From a virus: DNA of 30,815 nucleotides. The stretch's first letter is position 1. Each line of letters opens with the position of its first letter. The DNA lies in the UHGV virus genome UHGV-0021747; one strand, 5' to 3'. The translations under genes were made by a program, and so were the position numbers. Shown here one piece after another: positions 27,211-30,815 of the stretch. The notes beneath the pieces are model-generated. The model was not told the origin of the DNA. It ran no database searches and saw only the letters and a list, made by a program, of their open reading frames with translations.

Positions 27211-27918
27211 TTATGCCGCCTGTTTTAGTTCGTTAACTCTGATGCTCATTACCTGAACGCATTTAGCCTGCGCCTCCTCGTTGCCAGCCATTAATTGCCA
27301 GTCACGCTGATAACGCTCGATGAGTTTTTTCTTGTCAGTTTCTGTTGATGCATAATCGCTGAAGTCTTTCAGGATTTGTTCGCAGTCAACCGATGGAGAT
27401 TTCTGGTTGGTATTTTCTGGTGATGGTTTGTTATCTGATGCTGGGATTGCCCATCCCGGAAGTGATGGAGGGAGCCAGTAAAATCCCGTTCCATCCTTCA
27501 GTTTTGCCCTGTGCCACCCCTGCTTTTTATCGAGAGATGTTTGTGCGAAACCTTCCTCAAGGTTATACAGATACCGACCGATTCCCCACTGAACGGCAGC
27601 ACGCTTCATTGCACCGGAACGACCACCTTTGACGGCTTCTACCTGCGTGTTTTCAGCAGCATCCCATTTGGTTACCCATTCGGAATCAATCTTGATTGAT
27701 ATGCCGCATTCAACTCCGCCGTTGTTGGGAATATCGCGGTATTCATTGCGCCATCCTGCTTTGCCGCAAACATCGTCCAGGCGTTTCATGATTGCCCGGT
27801 TCGTGACATAAGCCAGCACCATAGCCCACACTTTTCCATCGCGTGTTTTACCGCTTTGCTGTATTCGCCATTCGATATCTTCAGGGCTGAATGGCTCGTC
27901 GAATTTATTCAAATTCAT
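27211..27918 (-). CDS. Single-strand annealing recombinase (Rad52/Sak-like N-terminal domain, Erf-like C-terminal tail)
   Basis: GGRSGAMKRAAVQWGIGRYLY motif in the N-domain; C-terminal ...TETDKKKLIERYQRDWQL...KCVQVM.IR.NELKQ resembles the P22 Erf C-terminus as recalled. Confidence 0.75.
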   Translation of the reverse strand: MNLNKFDEPFSPEDIEWRIQQSGKTRDGKVWAMVLAYVTNRAIMKRLDDVCGKAGWRNEYRDIPNNGGVECGISIKIDSEWVTKWDAAENTQVEAVKGGRSGAMKRAAVQWGIGRYLYNLEEGFAQTSLDKKQGWHRAKLKDGTGFYWLPPSLPGWAIPASDNKPSPENTNQKSPSVDCEQILKDFSDYASTETDKKKLIERYQRDWQLMAGNEEAQAKCVQVMSIRVNELKQAA

Positions 27919-27926
27919 AATTCACC

Positions 27927-28097
27927 TCAGAATGGACATGGCCCAAGGAAATAACGCTGATTTAATACTTCGACTCGGGACAAATTAAGGCATACCAGCA
28001 TTCCTTCGCGGTCGCCATTATGGCGATACCAGAGAGCTTTCTGCGTGTACATGCGTCTCTGTAACTTGCTCTCCTTCACTGTGGTTGCAAGTGACAT
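27927..28097 (-). CDS. Small ORF (56 aa), positional arf candidate
   Basis: Hand-translated; strong AAGGAG Shine-Dalgarno 7 nt upstream, and its stop overlaps the recombinase ribosome-binding site. Confidence 0.35.
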   Translation of the reverse strand: MSLATTVKESKLQRRMYTQKALWYRHNGDREGMLVCLNLSRVEVLNQRYFLGPCPF

Positions 28098-28176
28098 GAA
28101 TATCTCCTTCGTTACCGATTAATTCTTTCATCTGACGAATAAATTCTTCGTCTGACCAGTTATCTGTAAAACTCAT
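28018..28176 (-). CDS. Small acidic ORF (52 aa), overlaps 27927..28097 in another frame
   Basis: Hand-translated; ATGA-coupled to the upstream ORF. Only one of the two overlapping frames is likely to be real. Confidence 0.25.
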   Translation of the reverse strand: MSFTDNWSDEEFIRQMKELIGNEGDIHVTCNHSEGEQVTETHVHAESSLVSP

Positions 28177-28325
28177 TTCCTGCGATACCACGGAAGGTTG
28201 ATAGCTGATTTCATTGCTTTATTTGCTTCAAGCCACATTTTTGAATCACCAATAAATCTGGCTATTACTGCTTTGTTCTGTGCAGCACGAAGCATCTGGT
28301 GATTAATAGCTATTTCATTGCGCAT
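28173..28325 (-). CDS. Small protein (50 aa), possibly Kil-like
   Basis: Hand-translated; GGAGG Shine-Dalgarno. Contains ...IARFIGDSKMW..., reminiscent of lambda Kil from memory. Confidence 0.35.
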   Translation of the reverse strand: MRNEIAINHQMLRAAQNKAVIARFIGDSKMWLEANKAMKSAINLPWYRRK

Positions 28326-28444
28326 AACGCCTCCAGTTGTTTCTTTGCTGCTCTGATTAATTGTTTAACTCGGCGTGATAATTCAGATTCGTGCGGGTAG
28401 AAAGCGGACATGACGCCGCTACCCGCGAGCTGAAAGTGCATCAT
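28310..28444 (-). CDS. Small protein (44 aa), possibly CIII-like
   Basis: Hand-translated; AAGGAG Shine-Dalgarno. Central ESELSRRVKQLIRAAKKQLEAL resembles the lambda CIII amphipathic helix. Confidence 0.4.
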   Translation of the reverse strand: MMHFQLAGSGVMSAFYPHESELSRRVKQLIRAAKKQLEALCAMK

Positions 28445-28510
28445 GGGTAACTCCTTATATTTGATTGCATAACGAAAATGCCTCTAGTGAAGCATTATTG
28501 GTATACATAT

Positions 28511-28533
28511 AAAAAAACCCTCACACTGGAGGG
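28511..28533 (-). terminator. Rho-independent terminator candidate (minus strand)
   Basis: Hairpin ccctc-N6-gaggg followed by a U7 tract on the minus strand. Confidence 0.5.
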
Positions 28534-28650
28534 CAAAGAAGATTTCCAATAATCAGAACAAGTCGGCTCCTGTTTAGTTACGAGCGACATTGCTCCGTGT
28601 ATTCACTCGTTGGAATGAATACACAGTGCAGTGTTTATTCTGTTGTTTAT

Positions 28651-28678
28651 GCCAAAAATAAAGGCCGACTATTCGGCC
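28651..28678 (-). terminator. Rho-independent terminator candidate (tL1 analogue) at the 3' end of the acidic gene
   Basis: Hairpin ggccga-ctat-tcggcc followed by uuuauuuuugg on the minus strand. Confidence 0.5.
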
Positions 28679-28992
28679 TTATCTACATTCCTGAACCAAA
28701 CGCAGATCGGACCGTCTTCTGTATCGTGAATCGAACCGACAAACCATCCTTCTCCATCTGGCATGCTTGGCTCCCATCCACTGATGTTTTGATTCCCATC
28801 TTCAAAATACGCGTCAATTACCGTTTGATTGTTGTCGTTTTCCATTTCAACAATTGATGATTCAATGCCATGCTGCTTGCAGAAAGATCTGAACTCATCA
28901 GCTGAAATTACCTCTCTATCCCCAAACAGGTTGGCGTATTCTGGGTGCGTCCAGTAGCCATCCTCGCTTCGCTCTACTACTAATGCTTCCAT
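28669..28992 (-). CDS. Acidic hypothetical protein (107 aa), immediately downstream of N
   Basis: GGTGAG Shine-Dalgarno overlaps the N stop, with an 8-bp intergenic gap. Strongly acidic (many D/E); no family recognised. Confidence 0.6.
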   Translation of the reverse strand: MEALVVERSEDGYWTHPEYANLFGDREVISADEFRSFCKQHGIESSIVEMENDNNQTVIDAYFEDGNQNISGWEPSMPDGEGWFVGSIHDTEDGPICVWFRNVDKAE

Positions 28993-29000
28993 ATCTCACC

Positions 29001-29327
29001 TCAAATAAGTGGTTTACTGCCTAATTTCATTTTCTGGCGACCAACACAAGTTACACCCATTTCACTGCGTGGCTTGCTGTACCATGTGCGCTGATTCTTG
29101 CGCTCAATACGTTGCAGGTTGCTTTCAATCTGTTCGTGGTATTCAGCCAGCACTGTAAGGTCTATCGGATTCAGTGCGCTTTCTACTCGTGATTTCGGTT
29201 TGCGATTCAGCGAGAGAATAGGGCGGTTAACTGGTTTTGCGCTTACCCCAACCAACAGGGGATTTGCTGCTTTCCATTGAGCCTGTTTCTCTGCGCGACG
29301 TTCGCGGCGGCGTGTTTGTGCATCCAT
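29001..29327 (-). CDS. N: Antitermination protein N (lambda-type)
   Basis: MDAQTRRRERRAEKQAQWKAANPLLVGVSAKPVNRPILSLNRKPKSRVESALNPIDLTVLAEYH.QIESNLQRIERKNQRTWYSKP reads as essentially lambda N. Start taken at the internal Met of the supplied ORF. Confidence 0.9.
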   Translation of the reverse strand: MDAQTRRRERRAEKQAQWKAANPLLVGVSAKPVNRPILSLNRKPKSRVESALNPIDLTVLAEYHEQIESNLQRIERKNQRTWYSKPRSEMGVTCVGRQKMKLGSKPLI

Positions 29328-29499
29328 CTGGATTCTCCTGTCAGTTAGCTTTGGTGGTGTGGTAGGTGGGAGACCCATTTCGACCTGCTTCGGCCGACTT
29401 CAATTCGGCAATAGTTCCGCAGGCCTCGCCGCTTTACGTGCGACATATTCCCATCCATGAACCCTTCACCACACCCCAAAGCCTTCTGCTTTGAATGCT

Positions 29500-29530
29500 G
29501 CCCTTCTTCAGGGCTTAATTTTTAAGAGCA
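29500..29530 (-). promoter_or_regulatory. nutL site: boxB GCCCTGAAGAAGGGC and boxA-like TGCTCTTAA
   Basis: Reverse complement of 29500..29514 is the lambda boxB hairpin exactly; boxA-like sequence at 29522..29530. Confidence 0.85.
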
Positions 29531-29574
29531 CCACCTTCATGGTGGTCAGTGCGTCCTGCTGATGGCTTAAAATA

Positions 29575-29654
29575 TACCTACAGGTAAAACATCTGTCTAT
29601 ACCTGTAGGTAAATATAATTGATGTGAGAGTTTACCTGCTTGAATTTTCAGGTA
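29575..29654. promoter_or_regulatory. OL/pL operator region: palindromes TACCTACAGGTA (29575..29586, 29600..29611) and split TACCTG-N10-CAGGTA (29633..29654)
   Basis: Repeated 12-bp palindromes upstream of the N leader, identical to sites upstream of cI. Confidence 0.55.
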
Positions 29655-29671
29655 ATTAATTTTTTGGATTG

Positions 29672-29697
29672 ATATAAAAAAGCCCGCTTTGCGGGCT
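29672..29697 (-). terminator. Rho-independent terminator ending the cI operon
   Basis: Hairpin agcccgc-aaa-gcgggct followed by uuuuuuaua on the minus strand. Confidence 0.6.
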
Positions 29698-29708
29698 GAA
29701 AGGAGATG

Positions 29709-30023
29709 TCAGAAGCTATTTGGATTGCTTGGCCATTGCGGCAATTTTGATTCTACTGGGGTGTGTTTGGGTTTGAGTCCGTTTAAGTAGTCAAGGCGCT
29801 CAATGGCGCATTTATACATAGCAATCTGCTCTGATGACATGTCGTCGTATGACATGCCTTTGAACTTTTTAATTATCGATTCTGCCTCATGTATAAGATG
29901 CTTCTTCCTCATGAGTTCAGCTGTATGCTTAGAGCTTACAGGAGATAACTTTGCCCATATGAAGCAGATGATTACAACAGCGACTACTATGCCGGGTATA
30001 AACATTTGCTGCTTTATCCTCAA
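29709..30023 (-). CDS. Small single-pass membrane protein (104 aa) translationally coupled to cI
   Basis: ATGA overlap with the cI stop. N-terminal hydrophobic helix IPGIVVAVVIICFIWAKL then a charged soluble domain. AT-rich; followed by the operon terminator. Confidence 0.6.
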   Translation of the reverse strand: MRIKQQMFIPGIVVAVVIICFIWAKLSPVSSKHTAELMRKKHLIHEAESIIKKFKGMSYDDMSSEQIAMYKCAIERLDYLNGLKPKHTPVESKLPQWPSNPNSF

Positions 30024-30706
30024 ACTTTTGGCAGATCGTCCTGGTCTACGTACCTGGTGTGTTTCACAATAGCTGAAACAAAATGCATTTTATCAACTTC
30101 TTCAACAGGAAGAGTGATTGGGCGGTGATCACTGTTTATGCTACTAAACTGATAATCACCGTCTCTTGTTTTGTTCATGATCTTTATCATGTTGTGACCG
30201 TCTTTGGTCCTTACAAAGACTTCATCACCTGGATGTACTGGCGTATTTGGTTCAATAACAACATATTCTCCTGACTGAATCCTTGGCCACATGCTGTCAC
30301 CCTTAACCTTCAGACCGTAAGCATCTTTATCGCCGCTGTAGATGCTTAACCAACCGGATCTGAATTCAATCATATCCACTGAGCCATCAACTCCCAAAAC
30401 GGCTTCACCAATTACCGGAACAAAACCCGCACGAACGTTACCCGCAAACTCAAGATGGTCCGTAGCTCCAGCTTTACCATCTGCAAGCATGTCCATCCAT
30501 CCGCGTGGGAGATTAAAAGATTTTTCAATTAGTTCCATCATATCGTCAGCAATGCGTTTTTTTCCGCTTTTTCCTTCCGGATACAGCATTCTGGAAACGT
30601 ATGATGGTTCCCTTTCTATTCGACGAGCCAACTCTGAGGCCTTTCCATTACAGAATCGGTCTCTTATCTCTATCAGCCTTAGTCGTCTTTGTTCGTATTT
30701 ATCCAT
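30020..30706 (-). CDS. cI: cI-type prophage repressor (N-terminal HTH plus S24 LexA-like autopeptidase domain)
   Basis: Ala-Gly cleavage-site candidate (GKAGAT), GDSMWP catalytic Ser motif and a downstream Lys (MIKIM); 228 aa. Confidence 0.9.
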   Translation of the reverse strand: MDKYEQRRLRLIEIRDRFCNGKASELARRIEREPSYVSRMLYPEGKSGKKRIADDMMELIEKSFNLPRGWMDMLADGKAGATDHLEFAGNVRAGFVPVIGEAVLGVDGSVDMIEFRSGWLSIYSGDKDAYGLKVKGDSMWPRIQSGEYVVIEPNTPVHPGDEVFVRTKDGHNMIKIMNKTRDGDYQFSSINSDHRPITLPVEEVDKMHFVSAIVKHTRYVDQDDLPKV

Positions 30707-30726
30707 GATTTAATTCTATCTTTGAT

Positions 30727-30778
30727 TACCTGCCGGTAAATAACCTATGGGTATTGATTTGCTTTTTACCTACAGGTA
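30727..30778. promoter_or_regulatory. OR operators: TACCTGCCGGTA (30727..30738) and TACCTACAGGTA (30767..30778) between cI and the cro start
   Basis: Same palindrome family as OL. GGAAGGAG Shine-Dalgarno at 30799..30806 points to a rightward cro-like gene starting just past the window. Confidence 0.5.
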
Positions 30779-30815
30779 AACTCATCTTATTCAACAACGG
30801 GAAGGAGATAGCAAA

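Noticed and set aside
1-30815. Transposase/IS elements, CRISPR arrays, rRNA genes
   Set aside because: No transposase-like ORFs, terminal inverted repeats, regularly spaced repeat-spacer arrays or rRNA-like sequence were seen; all large ORFs are accounted for by phage functions.

Overview
The window is about 31 kb of a P22/Sf6-like temperate (lambdoid, short-tailed) phage genome in vegetative gene order. All calls rest on reading the six-frame translations against remembered protein families; no database search was run. Left to right: the 3' end of the lysis cassette (Rz with embedded Rz1), a Rha/moron region, then a complete P22-type morphogenesis block on the + strand (terS, PBSX-type terL, portal, scaffold, coat, gp4, gp10, tail needle with knob, gp14-like, ejection proteins gp7/gp20/gp16), an Mnt repressor, and a tailspike whose conserved N-terminal domain is separated from an AT-rich receptor-binding module by a single in-frame TGA. 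Next come a convergent AT-rich acyltransferase-3 gene, a LexA-box-controlled umuD'-like gene broken by an 8-bp tandem duplication, an attP-like region with GTACCAAA arm repeats, integrase and AlpA-type excisionase. The minus-strand early-left operon follows (ea genes, DEDDh exonuclease, HNH endonuclease, SSB, Rad52-like annealing protein, small arf/kil/cIII-like ORFs), then a lambda-identical N with nutL, OL operators, a cI-like repressor and OR operators, with cro just beyond the window end. There is no single multi-gene system I can name with confidence. The strongest candidates for undescribed biology are: (1) a small membrane protein translationally coupled to cI in the rex position, (2) the interrupted mosaic tailspike paired with the acyltransferase, (3) an acidic protein expressed with N, (4) the umuD'-like gene, and (5) a repeat-flanked AT-rich moron near Rha.
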